From a virus, in IMG/VR virus record IMGVR_UViG_3300023174_000089, positions 32,001-96,000 of that record: a DNA stretch of 64,000 bases; one strand, given 5' to 3'. Shown in pieces: positions 35,240-45,400 of this stretch. Under the pieces are notes generated by a model that had not been told where the DNA came from, made no database searches, and saw nothing but the letters and a program-made list of their open reading frames with translations. Position numbers and translations under genes: made by a program. Numbering within the stretch: position 1 is the stretch's first letter; each line of letters begins with the position of its first letter.

Positions 35240-35473
35240 TTAATGTACCTGTTTGTTTTCTCGTTCTGTTTTATGTATAACATCTTTTGGTGATTCCAAA
35301 AGTTTTAAATAATCTTCTTCAATATTACTTTGTTTTGCTACCCACGTTAATCGTGCCAATATAACGGCAATCAAATTAAGTGGATGAATTTCAAATGTAG
35401 TCATCCACTTTAATAATTCTGTATCAACATCTAACGATAGTTGTTCTAACATTTCATCATTAAATGCGTCCAT
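35240..35473 (-). CDS. Hypothetical protein
   Basis: Packed ORF. Confidence 0.55.
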   Translation of the reverse strand: MDAFNDEMLEQLSLDVDTELLKWMTTFEIHPLNLIAVILARLTWVAKQSNIEEDYLKLLESPKDVIHKTERENKQVH

Positions 35474-35906
35474 GATTCACTTTCACCATCTGGCCATTTC
35501 TCCATTGCTTACGCCATTTAACTGGCTCAGCATTGTTCTCACGGTCACGCCATAGTGCTGCACATTGTGATTGTGTCAAACCACCATACAAACTACAATC
35601 TTCCATAAACATCTGTTGGTCAGTTTTAGGTTTCGATTCAGGTTTAACCTCAGCCACAGGTGGTTGTGGTTTAACTTCTTCCCACTTTGGTTCTTCATTG
35701 ACAATTGGTGCCTTAGCTACTTCAATCGATTTACTATCATTCTTTGATGGCATAGCAAACACGACAACGCAGAACACGATGCCAATGCCAGTTACAATGA
35801 ATCGCCAATACATACCAACCAAAAAGATGGCAATAGCAGCAACAATTATAATTTGTAATACACCAGTGGTTAAGCCTACTGCGGCTAAATTATCAAATAA
35901 TTCCAT
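35460..35906 (-). CDS. Hypothetical membrane protein
   Basis: Two N-terminal hydrophobic segments. Confidence 0.6.
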   Translation of the reverse strand: MELFDNLAAVGLTTGVLQIIIVAAIAIFLVGMYWRFIVTGIGIVFCVVVFAMPSKNDSKSIEVAKAPIVNEEPKWEEVKPQPPVAEVKPESKPKTDQQMFMEDCSLYGGLTQSQCAALWRDRENNAEPVKWRKQWRNGQMVKVNHGRI

Positions 35907-35908
35907 GA

Positions 35909-36151
35909 TTACTTTTTCTCAATATATGGTTCACAATGAACATTGATTGGCACTAATACTTTGCCAGAATCAGTTTTCTTTACAACATACTCAACATTCG
36001 GTTTCATACCTGCACTAACACAATCTTTATTGTATTTGATGACATCGGTATTGGCCAATGCTTTGGGGCCTTCATAACCAGAAAGTTTTGGTGTTGAACT
36101 ACAACCCACTACCAATAATAATAAACTACTAACTACTATGCTTTTTTTCAC
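35909..36151 (-). CDS. Putative lipoprotein
   Basis: Signal peptide with VVGC lipobox. Confidence 0.65.
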   Translation of the reverse strand: MKKSIVVSSLLLLVVGCSSTPKLSGYEGPKALANTDVIKYNKDCVSAGMKPNVEYVVKKTDSGKVLVPINVHCEPYIEKK

Positions 36152-36329
36152 TTTTTAACTCCATAATGTATTGAATAACTTCTCTTGCTTCTTTCAAATC
36201 GGATTTGTTTACTGCTTCATCAATCATTTCCAATTGAACTCTATGCAAATAATTTAAATGAATTACAATTGCAGCTTGTTTTAAATTATTCACATTTAAA
36301 GTTTTATAATAAACATATTTTTTGTTCAT
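36129..36329 (-). CDS. Hypothetical protein
   Basis: GGAG RBS. Confidence 0.5.
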   Translation of the reverse strand: MNKKYVYYKTLNVNNLKQAAIVIHLNYLHRVQLEMIDEAVNKSDLKEAREVIQYIMELKSEKKHSS

Positions 36330-36534
36330 TGTTTCTCCGTGGTAATATTAATTGATTTAATAACGTCCACACCTTTATCTAAGGATTGTGCTATGCCAGT
36401 AAAACCTATCGTGGCAATAAAAAATCCTAAAATACAACCTAACACAAAGTTAATCATAAAATTCCTCTCTTACTTTAGGTACCATTGTATCACAACCACG
36501 GAATAACACAAACGAGTGTTGTATGGACACAACA

Positions 36535-36753
36535 TCATTCAGGTATCAACTCCAATTTACCAATGCCAATGTATTCTTCAATGGACTTCTTTAGGTTGCG
36601 CTTGGAGGTCGATGGTGCCACGAACACATAGTCCTGATGGTCACCGTCCTTAGGCGCAAGGACGCTGTTTAAATAGGTCAAAGCATCAACAGGATTGCTG
36701 AACTCTTTTTTACCTACATTATTACATAGATTTGGTTTTGCAATGTATTTCAT
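36535..36753 (-). CDS. Hypothetical protein
   Basis: Packed ORF. Confidence 0.55.
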   Translation of the reverse strand: MKYIAKPNLCNNVGKKEFSNPVDALTYLNSVLAPKDGDHQDYVFVAPSTSKRNLKKSIEEYIGIGKLELIPE

Positions 36754-37043
36754 TTCTTACCTTTTGTTTTTTCTGCCAATTGTTCACGCAAGGCAGCACA
36801 TTCTTCTTCAAGCATTTTGTTCTTACGAACTTCTGCCATCATTACATCTTCAAACAAACTCCACAACTTATGGAATTTCACATCATAAACATGAGCAAGA
36901 GCCATTACTTGGTTTGAAAAAGAATCTTCACTATTGTTTTCTACCCAACCTTCAAAGAGGCCTTCATCAAGCTCTTTGAGGTCATCCACAATACTCCAAC
37001 ATTTTACAATTTGTTGTTCAAAATCAAACCTGTCGCTCGGCAT
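36750..37043 (-). CDS. Hypothetical protein
   Basis: DRFDFEQQI..CW.IVDDL. Confidence 0.6.
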   Translation of the reverse strand: MPSDRFDFEQQIVKCWSIVDDLKELDEGLFEGWVENNSEDSFSNQVMALAHVYDVKFHKLWSLFEDVMMAEVRKNKMLEEECAALREQLAEKTKGKK

Positions 37044-37197
37044 AAGTTTTCATCCATTCTGTTAAAATATTTTTGGCTTCTCTACGCTCAAGGCCAAAAG
37101 CTTGTTGCAAATAAGGTGCAGCACCAAACATATTGGTTACACCAGTTTCACGCAATGTATCCAAATACTCAAACATTTCTTCTTTATCGAGTGTCAT
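37024..37197 (-). CDS. Small hypothetical protein (57 aa)
   Basis: MTLDKEEMFEYLDTLRETGVTNMFGAAPYL...; not in the track. Confidence 0.6.
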   Translation of the reverse strand: MTLDKEEMFEYLDTLRETGVTNMFGAAPYLQQAFGLERREAKNILTEWMKTYAERQV

Positions 37198-37281
37198 AAT
37201 TTTCCATAATATAAAAAGGTGCCAATCATATAGCCCGAGCGTTTCACAACGAGTCTAAAAAACTATATGATGGCAGAGAGA

Positions 37282-37608
37282 TTAGGCAGCGACTGATTCT
37301 GATTGAACCGCAGCTACTTTAGGTTGTGCCTTAGCAACAGCACCTTTGAAACGGCCATTGGCATCGAATTGATCAAAGTTAACCAATTGGTACGCTTGAA
37401 CTTTGCGACCACTCTTGATTACTTTAACGATACCACCATCTTTACGAATGTTATAGATGTTGGTACTCAAACGATACAATACTTTTTCTTGATCGGTGCC
37501 TTTGAATACTGCCTCGATTTCAGCAGGACTTACAGGTTTACCAGATAATAATACTTGGGTAATTTTCTCATGACGGTTTACCTTACCTTTACGAACTGTT
37601 AATGCCAT
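37282..37608 (-). CDS. Putative winged-helix DNA-binding protein
   Basis: Basic protein with RLSTNIYNIRKDG...YQL wHTH-like pattern; AAGGAG RBS. Confidence 0.5.
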   Translation of the reverse strand: MALTVRKGKVNRHEKITQVLLSGKPVSPAEIEAVFKGTDQEKVLYRLSTNIYNIRKDGGIVKVIKSGRKVQAYQLVNFDQFDANGRFKGAVAKAQPKVAAVQSESVAA

Positions 37609-37707
37609 TGTGATACTCCTTCAAATAAACATAATAAAAATGTATCCTATTATACACAAGAACCTAGGTTTTTGTATACTATATGATACATACACATAAC
37701 CATTCTA

Positions 37708-38856
37708 TCATACCTGTGGTTGGTTGGCAACCTCAGATGTGGTAGAAATGGTACTTGTATTGGCAGGTGATTCTACCGAACTATCAACCTTCGAATACAA
37801 ATCCAGAAATGCCATTTTCGTTTCTTCATCAAAGCGATTCACACACAAGGTGATGGCCTTCATGCGGTCTTTGAAAATGGTAAAAGCTTTTGCAATATGT
37901 ACCAATCGGCGAGTGGAAATAATCTCATCAGTAGCACCTTCGTCATATGATTTGCGTACCACATCTGCCCATTGTACCAAATGATCCACAAATTCTTTGT
38001 CATCAATTAATGGTGTAAGAATCTTTTTCTCAGTTTTGGCATCAGGATATTCCTGTTCTACCGTAATTGGAAAACGCTCTAAGAAAGCATCATCAAGAAT
38101 CTGTGATAGATACTTGCCTTCATCACTACCACGACCTTTGGTGTTGGCGGTGGCGATGATAGTAAAGCCAGATTTTGGATATACCATTTCACCTGATTTC
38201 TTATTGTAATGTGGTTTGCCTTCCATAATACCTTGCAAGCACATTAGTTTGTTTGAACCACGGTCAACTTCGTCAATCAACAATACTGCGCCACGCTTCA
38301 TAGCGGTGATAACAGGACCATCACGATTGACCACATTACCATTGACCAATGTAGGACCACCAAGCAAATCAGTTTCATCAGTTTCAACCGAAATGTTTAC
38401 ACGAATACATTCACGCTGTAATTCGGCACACACTTGCTCAACCATCAAGGTCTTACCATTACCTGATAAACCAGTAATGAAAATTGGATAGAATGCTTTG
38501 CTTGATACAATGTTTCGTAAATCTTTGTAGAAACCAAATGGCACATAATCAGGCCATTTTTGTGGCACCGATGGTTCGTTCTCATCAACCAATTTTGGCT
38601 GGCGGAACTCTAACACTTGTGCATAAGCCATTTCAGTTTCAGGTTCTTGCTGTGCTTGTTTCACAACTGGTTCACCTGATGCAGGCACTTTGTATTGGCC
38701 TCGGTCATGGCGATATTGTGCCTTCGTAACCAACCAATATGGATACGGTGCACCTGATTCGTTACATACTCTTGTAATGTCATCACGATTCAAAATTGGT
38801 TCAACACCAAAAATTGATTCTGCTGCTGTTACAAAAGCTTTTGCATTTTTATTCAT
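37708..38856 (-). CDS. CobS/MoxR-like AAA+ ATPase
   Basis: GLSGNGKT Walker A, LLIDEVD Walker B, ATANTKG, AFLERF. Confidence 0.9.
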   Translation of the reverse strand: MNKNAKAFVTAAESIFGVEPILNRDDITRVCNESGAPYPYWLVTKAQYRHDRGQYKVPASGEPVVKQAQQEPETEMAYAQVLEFRQPKLVDENEPSVPQKWPDYVPFGFYKDLRNIVSSKAFYPIFITGLSGNGKTLMVEQVCAELQRECIRVNISVETDETDLLGGPTLVNGNVVNRDGPVITAMKRGAVLLIDEVDRGSNKLMCLQGIMEGKPHYNKKSGEMVYPKSGFTIIATANTKGRGSDEGKYLSQILDDAFLERFPITVEQEYPDAKTEKKILTPLIDDKEFVDHLVQWADVVRKSYDEGATDEIISTRRLVHIAKAFTIFKDRMKAITLCVNRFDEETKMAFLDLYSKVDSSVESPANTSTISTTSEVANQPQV

Positions 38857-38885
38857 ACATTCTCCAATTAATCATAACAAAATAC

Positions 38886-38971
38886 TGGTGGGTAAGGATG
38901 GATTCGAACCAACTCAGCCTGAGGCAACGGATTTACAGTCCGCTGTAGCTCTCCAACTCTACGGCTTACCC
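38886..38971 (-). tRNA. tRNA-Tyr(GUA)
   Basis: GGGTAAG/CTTACCC acceptor stem, GCGGA-CTGTAAA-TCCGT anticodon arm, long variable arm, GGTTCGAATCC, encoded CCA. Confidence 0.93.
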
Positions 38972-38984
38972 AATTTAACCTACC

Positions 38985-39035
38985 ATTATACAGGTGCCAC
39001 ATCAAATGTCAATCGACTGTTGTTTTTTAGCAACA
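38985..39035 (-). promoter_or_regulatory. Sigma70 promoter (TTGACA-16-TATAAT) plus TGTTG-N8-CAACA palindrome
   Basis: Read directly, upstream of tRNA-Tyr. Confidence 0.75.
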
Positions 39036-39409
39036 CTCTCCGAATGCTTACATTTACCACGATACGAATAACCAACACAATTACATTGGTACTTACCAGA
39101 TTCTAAGGTGACTGTATAGGTCTTGCCAGAATCACTCTTAACCTGCCAGTTAGGCACATTCAAAGCTTCTGGTTGGTCAACCACCACCGTTGCACCTATG
39201 GCGTCCAATTCTTTGTGTTTGACCTTCACGAACTTACGCCTACGAGTATCCATTGGTAATGGTTTCTTGAATACCATCACCTGACCATCACTCTCACGAG
39301 CATAGGCCAATATATTGGATTTACCATCAAACAAATAGGTATGATTAGGCACCACAAAATCTGGTTCATTCCATTCTGTAATTTCTTTGTATGCTGATAT
39401 ACCCATCAT
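39002..39409 (-). CDS. SWIM zinc-finger protein
   Basis: Y.V...CNC...CKH. Confidence 0.75.
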   Translation of the reverse strand: MMGISAYKEITEWNEPDFVVPNHTYLFDGKSNILAYARESDGQVMVFKKPLPMDTRRRKFVKVKHKELDAIGATVVVDQPEALNVPNWQVKSDSGKTYTVTLESGKYQCNCVGYSYRGKCKHSESVAKKQQSIDI

Positions 39410-39600
39410 TCATCTTTCCATTGGTCATTTTCACCGGTTTCAGTCCAAACATTCCAAATCTTTGCTTCTGGCCAACCGAGTTTAATACTATACACCGCCT
39501 CTTGTGCTGAAATGGCGGATACTTCTTCATAGTGGTGATTATTAACCTTACTCATAGGATGAATTGAATCATCTACAAATTCAACCAAGTAATAATTCAT
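39406..39600 (-). CDS. Hypothetical protein
   Basis: Packed ORF. Confidence 0.5.
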   Translation of the reverse strand: MNYYLVEFVDDSIHPMSKVNNHHYEEVSAISAQEAVYSIKLGWPEAKIWNVWTETGENDQWKDE

Positions 39601-39769
39601 TCTTCTTCCTGAGCCAAAGCTTCAAACACATTTTGGTAAATGATGTAAATATTTTCATCACCATGTTGTTTGAAAAATTGTTGTTTGCAATCTTCCATAT
39701 CTTCGGCACCAAAATGATATTGATTGCCTTCAACTGTTTCAACCATATAAATTTTATAATCAAAGCTCA

Positions 39770-39961
39770 TTATGTTCTCGCAATGTTAGTATTGTACCGC
39801 TCTTCATAAATTAATACGATAGTATCATCAGTCAGCTCACGCAAATTATCAGCCAGCAACTCTTTGGTCACAGCCAATAATTCTGTTTTCTTGAGCTTTT
39901 TGATATCAAGCATCGAATCATTTACCAATTCATCAATTAATTGATTAATTTGTCTACTCAT
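39770..39961 (-). CDS. Hypothetical protein
   Basis: Packed ORF. Confidence 0.5.
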   Translation of the reverse strand: MSRQINQLIDELVNDSMLDIKKLKKTELLAVTKELLADNLRELTDDTIVLIYEERYNTNIART

Positions 39962-39962
39962 A

Positions 39963-40196
39963 TTAGTCCAATAATATCATGTATGCTGAAGCGTTATTGC
40001 TACGAAACCAATCAAGGCCTTTACGAACACCTTTATAATCACCCATCAATTCACAACCTTTGAGGTAATCATAAACTGCAACCTCATCAGGTGTTAGAAC
40101 TGTGCTCTCACCACTAAACGGGTTTTGCACCTCAACTGGTTTTTTATCCAATACCATAATGCCTGGAAATAATTCTTGAATCGATTTCTTTTTCAT
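39963..40196 (-). CDS. Hypothetical protein
   Basis: NPFSGE...AVYD...AYMILLD. Confidence 0.65.
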   Translation of the reverse strand: MKKKSIQELFPGIMVLDKKPVEVQNPFSGESTVLTPDEVAVYDYLKGCELMGDYKGVRKGLDWFRSNNASAYMILLD

Positions 40197-40657
40197 GCTG
40201 TTTCCTTTTCTTTACAAAACTCAACAAAATCAACCAATGAACCATTAAAGATTTCTTCGTAGGTTTCATCATTTGTCATACCAAAGAAATTACAACCACA
40301 ATTCATTACAATGATTTTCAATCCGTTCTCTTGCTTATAAATGTGATATTCATAATCTTGACCACAATCTTTAGCAATTACAGGATACAAATAGAAACCA
40401 CCTGGTTCTTGTTTGAAGTGTGCTACCAATTGTGCAGCCAAATCACCCATACCATTGAATACCACTTCTTTGACCGTTTTCGTATGAATCAAGCCATTCA
40501 CCATACGACCACCAGATAGAAACTCGGCCAATTCGGCACCATGGCCTGTTGGATAACCATCATACTGACGATAAAAATTGATAATTGGTTCATTCACTAC
40601 TGAACCTTTTTCTGTTATGTAAGAATCATACACAAATGTTAAACTTCTGGTACCCAT
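40193..40657 (-). CDS. Conserved phage hypothetical protein
   Basis: MGTRS...YRQYDGYP.GHG. Confidence 0.7.
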   Translation of the reverse strand: MGTRSLTFVYDSYITEKGSVVNEPIINFYRQYDGYPTGHGAELAEFLSGGRMVNGLIHTKTVKEVVFNGMGDLAAQLVAHFKQEPGGFYLYPVIAKDCGQDYEYHIYKQENGLKIIVMNCGCNFFGMTNDETYEEIFNGSLVDFVEFCKEKETA

Positions 40658-40666
40658 AAATTCTCC

Positions 40667-40984
40667 TTAATGACTACGATTATTAGCCCATCTAACACCA
40701 CGCTGAAATGCCTCACGCTCAATACGAATCTCACGGACAGTCCGTGCATCACGCTCATACACATCAAAAGCTTTTGCATCACGCTTACGAGTAGAACTTG
40801 CACCACGATTACGAGGACCACGGAACATTACAAAATATTTGGTAAAATCAATGAATTGTTTTATTGTTTCATAGTTACCAATTGGCATACCTTTGTAGAT
40901 TGACCGAAAGCCAACAGGCGATATGTGATTGGCAAATATTGCTTTCATCACTGCTTCTTTTTCTTCATAACTAAACTGTTTCAT
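40667..40984 (-). CDS. Hypothetical protein
   Basis: Packed ORF. Confidence 0.55.
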   Translation of the reverse strand: MKQFSYEEKEAVMKAIFANHISPVGFRSIYKGMPIGNYETIKQFIDFTKYFVMFRGPRNRGASSTRKRDAKAFDVYERDARTVREIRIEREAFQRGVRWANNRSH

Positions 40985-41278
40985 TTACGCTCCACACCAT
41001 CTAATATGATTAAAATTACCAGTTAATACATTACCACGAGCAAAGTTTCTTGCCGGTGCATTCCATGATGCTGATTTGAGAATGTCACCACGCTTAAACT
41101 TTTTATCATCTACCAACATCACCCACGAATGTGAACTGCGTTGGTTATCTTCCATGATGATATGCACATACTTACGACCATTTACAAAATAAAATTTTTT
41201 GTTATTGTAAGCCGCTGTATTGGTATAATCATTAGCCAGATGGTTTACATAATTTTGAATTGCTTTATCTAAATCCAT
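40985..41278 (-). CDS. Conserved phage hypothetical protein
   Basis: GRKY...GDILKSASWNAPA...RGN. Confidence 0.7.
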   Translation of the reverse strand: MDLDKAIQNYVNHLANDYTNTAAYNNKKFYFVNGRKYVHIIMEDNQRSSHSWVMLVDDKKFKRGDILKSASWNAPARNFARGNVLTGNFNHIRWCGA

Positions 41279-41279
41279 A

Positions 41280-41582
41280 TTAACCTCTACTCAAATTAAT
41301 CACACGAAAATCAAATTCCATAAAACTGGTTTGGTGCGGTACAAACATAATCTTACCAACACGATTCTTTTTATTAGGTCTGGTTTCAAACTTCACAAAC
41401 TTATCAGCAGTCACCGTAATTTTGTAGCAGTTAAAACCAGGTTCATTACAATTTGCCTGCTCTACCACGCCTTCAATAAATGCATCATCACGACCAGCAC
41501 ATGGTTTAAAATCATATGCACGAATCACATCACCAACTTTTGCAATACCTTCAAATTTCAACATATTATAGCTCCTACTCAA
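41280..41582 (-). CDS. Hypothetical protein
   Basis: VGDVIRAYDF; downstream of a promoter. Confidence 0.6.
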   Translation of the reverse strand: MSRSYNMLKFEGIAKVGDVIRAYDFKPCAGRDDAFIEGVVEQANCNEPGFNCYKITVTADKFVKFETRPNKKNRVGKIMFVPHQTSFMEFDFRVINLSRG

Positions 41583-41593
41583 TTAATACTACC

Positions 41594-41644
41594 ATTATAC
41601 ACTTACCACAGGGGTTTTCAAGCCCCTGTTGTAAATATACAACA
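41594..41644 (-). promoter_or_regulatory. Sigma70 promoter (TTGAAA-16-TATAAT) plus TGTTG-N8-CAACA
   Basis: Read directly. Confidence 0.7.
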
Positions 41645-42150
41645 CTATTTGGTCTTTTTAATAGAATACCCTTTTAATAAAACCCATTCCACATACGCCT
41701 GAACGATTGCTGGTGTATCTGGCGTTTCCTGTTGAAGTGCCTTTAATTCTTTGATTGTAAATTCCCATTTACTCATAATTATGCCAAACTTTCATAATCT
41801 TCAATAATGTGCCGTTCTGACATATTATCATATTTTTCAATAATCAACTCTTTAAGAGCTTCGAGCAATTCACCACGGTTCGATGTTTGAAAATAATTCA
41901 TTTTATCACGAACCAAGGCTTCACGCATACGGTCAACATTTGAGATACTCATACGGTCTCCTTAAACCATTCAGTCCAGAGCTCTCGCTCATTCATTTCA
42001 TTCACCAATTCTTCATCGGTAAAATTGTCATAGCCTTTGAAACCAGAATACAAAAAATCAAATAGAAAATCCGTATCGACACCATTATTTTGAATACTAT
42101 CAAAATCAGAGTCAATTAGCATTTTAATCATTTCTTGCCGTCTACTCATA

Positions 42151-42690
42151 TTAATTATTGTCCTCTTCCGCATTTTCTTCTTCCCATTCACGCATGGATT
42201 CGGTGATACAATACATTTCATTCAAAGCTTCGGGAAGATATTCTTCCGCTTCATCAGCATTCATGCCAGAATAATCATAGAATTCATCCACGCCTTCATA
42301 CACACCAGCAAAACCCATACCAGGTTCATAGTAATATGCACGAACCGCAAAACCTAATTGTTCCAACTGCTCATAGGCCTGTATTGGAGGACCCCATGGA
42401 CTATCAAATGAACCAGTCAGCGTATTACCATCAACCTCACACTCATAAGGGCTGATATCCCACTTGGTACCCCAATTATTCACACACCACGAGTACCAAT
42501 CAGAGGCACCATACTTCTCCTGTAATTCTTCATTGGTGAACCGAGCAGGTGCCGTGGTGTCTTCCAACTCTTTTGGTAGTGGAATAAACTCATTCAACAA
42601 TGTGCCATCAGCAAATGCTTTGGTGGCACGCTCGACCATCGCTTTATCAGGATGAGATAACTCAATATTATTATTACACCAATTTGGCAT
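42151..42690 (-). CDS. DUF1281/YubB-like protein
   Basis: MPNWCNN...WYSWCVNNWGTKWD...FDSPWGPP...YYEPG. Confidence 0.75.
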   Translation of the reverse strand: MPNWCNNNIELSHPDKAMVERATKAFADGTLLNEFIPLPKELEDTTAPARFTNEELQEKYGASDWYSWCVNNWGTKWDISPYECEVDGNTLTGSFDSPWGPPIQAYEQLEQLGFAVRAYYYEPGMGFAGVYEGVDEFYDYSGMNADEAEEYLPEALNEMYCITESMREWEEENAEEDNN

Positions 42691-42899
42691 ATTCAAAACT
42701 CCTTAATCACAAAATAAATTAATAACGCTGATGCTACCATATACAACAAAATACCTACATTAATTGCAAGCATCATACTTTGATTACCTTGCATACATCC
42801 AATACAATATCAAACTTACGAAATTGCTCATTGGCATAGGCCACGGCTAATTGGTAACTGTCAAAAAGTAAACCATCACATACATAAAATGTCATATAA

Positions 42900-43136
42900 T
42901 CACCTTATCAATAATTCTAAATCAGCACCCCAACCATTTACCTTTACACAGGTAGCGGTTAATACTTCGTATGGTGCACCTTCTTCCCGCAAATCATCAA
43001 TACGATAGCGTGCGGTATGCTCTTCGGCATATAAACCAAGAATGGTTGGATTGTATTGGTTCTTACCTTCGCCATTGTGGCCGGTTACGATCCATACATC
43101 AGTTTGTTTGCTCATCATTTTCTCCAAATAATACAA
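42900..43136 (-). CDS. Hypothetical protein (start uncertain)
   Basis: Downstream of the promoter at 43139-43167. Confidence 0.5.
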   Translation of the reverse strand: MYYLEKMMSKQTDVWIVTGHNGEGKNQYNPTILGLYAEEHTARYRIDDLREEGAPYEVLTATCVKVNGWGADLELLIR

Positions 43137-43138
43137 CT

Positions 43139-43167
43139 ATTATACAGGAAACTGGTATAAATGTCAA
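43139..43167 (-). promoter_or_regulatory. Sigma70 promoter TTGACA-17-TATAAT
   Basis: Perfect consensus; near-palindrome AGTCGACC-AAAAT-GGTCAACT at 43181-43201. Confidence 0.8.
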
Positions 43168-43206
43168 TACCCTGTATAATAGTCGACCAAAATGGTCAAC
43201 TATTGG

Positions 43207-43494
43207 TTAATCACACAAATTAACCGAACAGGCCAAAATCAATTGGCGCTTCGTTTTATCCACACCTACAATGGTATCAGCATTCGCCCAGCGTAAAACA
43301 CCATAACCGCTCTGGTTTTCACCAAGTTTTCCGGCGCTCCGATACGCTTCAATGATGGCCTGCTCAACTTCTGGCGTAATTTCACCATCATAATCAATAT
43401 CAATACCATCCAACCAAGTATCCTGATAAGATTCCATGCGGTGACTGCCTTCCACCATTTTCCTAGTTTTTACTAACAATTTACCACCAAACAT
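43207..43494 (-). CDS. Hypothetical protein
   Basis: Start moved to MFGGK (GGAG RBS). Confidence 0.55.
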   Translation of the reverse strand: MFGGKLLVKTRKMVEGSHRMESYQDTWLDGIDIDYDGEITPEVEQAIIEAYRSAGKLGENQSGYGVLRWANADTIVGVDKTKRQLILACSVNLCD

Positions 43495-43495
43495 A

Positions 43496-43678
43496 TTACA
43501 CTCCATACATAGAAGGTGGAGATATATTTTTGTTACCAGCACGAACAAAATATATTTCCTGTTCAACATAATCCAATGGCAGGTGCAATACTCTTGCAAT
43601 ATGCTCACTGGTACGGCCTTTGAAGTAAAATTCCTCAATCGCCGAATAAATCAATTCTTTTTCATTTATTGCTTTCAT
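43496..43678 (-). CDS. Small HTH-like hypothetical protein
   Basis: SEHIARVLHLPLDYV. Confidence 0.5.
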   Translation of the reverse strand: MKAINEKELIYSAIEEFYFKGRTSEHIARVLHLPLDYVEQEIYFVRAGNKNISPPSMYGV

Positions 43679-43679
43679 A

Positions 43680-43865
43680 TTACTCCAAGGTTAATTCTTC
43701 AATTTCCACATCCTCGGTTTCACCAAGGTTCTTCAATGGTATTTGATTCTGTACCATTTTCATAAACGCTACCGCCTTATCGTAATCAGAAAAGGCACGG
43801 AGATTCAACCATTCCCAACCGGCAAAATCAACCAAGGCACCAGATTTTACAATATACACATTCAT
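43680..43865 (-). CDS. Hypothetical protein
   Basis: Packed ORF. Confidence 0.55.
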   Translation of the reverse strand: MNVYIVKSGALVDFAGWEWLNLRAFSDYDKAVAFMKMVQNQIPLKNLGETEDVEIEELTLE

Positions 43866-44075
43866 AATAATACCACCATTAATAATAAACCAAATAAAAA
43901 CACATATAGATCCAACTTATACGAATATGGCATAATTACTCCGCAAAGTCCGTCCAATATTCTACTGCCTGCTCTGCCATTTCCAATGAGCAACCTAATG
44001 CTTGGGAGATTTGGTCGGCATTGTAACCACACTCCAATAATACCTGGACTTCATCCAGAAATGCTTTCATACCGC

Positions 44076-44849
44076 TCATGCTGCCTCCTTCAAAATTGTA
44101 ATATGCTTCACAAAGCCAGAGGTATCGGCTTTCGCTTTACCTTTGGCATACAAACCAACCACGACACCACGAGGATCCAGAAAGCGTAAGTCCGAATCAT
44201 CACCGTTGAATATAGGTGCCACGGCAGAATAACCAGGTGCTGTAAATATATGTTGCTTTGGCATGGCCATGGTTTTCTTCAAACCAAACACCACAGCAAT
44301 ATTCATACCTGACTGCCAAGCACGCATCACATCCGCATCATTACCATCCGCTGCTGAAAAGGTTAGGTGGTAATTGGTGATACCTGATACCTTACGACCA
44401 AGCACCTTGGTGTAATCATAGAATTGCACCTCAGCAAACGCTGCAAAAATGTTAGTATATACTACACCACGGCGAGTAACCGAATATTTTTCCCACGATA
44501 AGTCCGAGGTGCCATTCAAACGGAAAACAGGAATCAAATCTAATTTAGCCGATTGTTTAATGGCCAACTCAATATCAGCAACCAACATGGACATAAATTG
44601 CTCACGGTCACTATAAAATAACCGAGTTTTACGAATCCGTGCCTGCTGAATGGTATTGGTGGTTTCACCACGCTTAAACATACCACCACGACCTGCCGTA
44701 TTCAAACAAGCAGCCGCACAACCGTGGGTGGCCTTTGGACAGGTATTATAACCAGAAAGCGTAGCAGGTGCAAGGTGCAAAATGTAGGTGTTATAACCTT
44801 GAGCCAAACCTTTCAAAACCTTAGGATTGCCAGTAGATAATAATTTCAT
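44076..44849 (-). CDS. GP88-like (radical-SAM-related Cys motif) protein
   Basis: LAPA...CP...GC...CL.TAGRG, RLNGTSD, FYDYTK, NYHLTFS, D.RFLD. Confidence 0.75.
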   Translation of the reverse strand: MKLLSTGNPKVLKGLAQGYNTYILHLAPATLSGYNTCPKATHGCAAACLNTAGRGGMFKRGETTNTIQQARIRKTRLFYSDREQFMSMLVADIELAIKQSAKLDLIPVFRLNGTSDLSWEKYSVTRRGVVYTNIFAAFAEVQFYDYTKVLGRKVSGITNYHLTFSAADGNDADVMRAWQSGMNIAVVFGLKKTMAMPKQHIFTAPGYSAVAPIFNGDDSDLRFLDPRGVVVGLYAKGKAKADTSGFVKHITILKEAA

Positions 44850-44879
44850 AATAAAAATTTCCAATCAATCAAAACAACC

Positions 44880-44940
44880 ATTATAAAGGTATGGTATGGA
44901 ATGTCAATAAAAATCGAACATCCGTTGTAAAAAAACAACA
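44880..44940 (-). promoter_or_regulatory. Sigma70 promoter (TTGACA-16-TATAAT) plus (T/C)GTTG-N8-CAACA
   Basis: Read directly. Confidence 0.72.
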
Positions 44941-45127
44941 CCAAAACCTGTATATAACCAAAAGTAATATAGCAAGTGTTGCAAAGTGTGAAATTGTGTG
45001 AAAAAGTGGGATTTTCGCTAATACCATCGCCGCATATATGCTACTTGCGGCTCTTAGTTTGTTCCCACGATTCTCCGCACAATTCCTACCATTTCCTGAG
45101 TATCCTAGAGAAGAGCTCCTAAGCATT

Positions 45128-45337
45128 TCAGAATACCTCATTTAATTCCGTGTAAATTACTGAGCGGCCATGGCGCTTTACTAAGGCTATTTCATTACAG
45201 CGCCGGCTCTCTAGTGTGAATATACTAGGCTTTTCTACTGTAATATCCACCTTAACGGTTAGGCCAAGGTCAGCCTGTAGCATGGCCAATAGTGCTTTCT
45301 TATCGTTTAGTGATAATGCTTTAATATTCTCTAACAT
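45128..45337 (-). CDS. Hypothetical early protein
   Basis: AGGTG RBS; helical N-terminus similar to the neighbouring gene. Confidence 0.5.
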   Translation of the reverse strand: MLENIKALSLNDKKALLAMLQADLGLTVKVDITVEKPSIFTLESRRCNEIALVKRHGRSVIYTELNEVF

Positions 45338-45400
45338 ATTACACCTGTAAAAATGGTATTACTAATAACGCCTCCGTGGAAGCGCTACTATAATACCACT

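Noticed and set aside
37708-38856. Cobalamin biosynthesis auxiliary gene (cobS)
   Set aside because: No cobN or other cob genes are present; a generic MoxR-like ATPase is the safer call.
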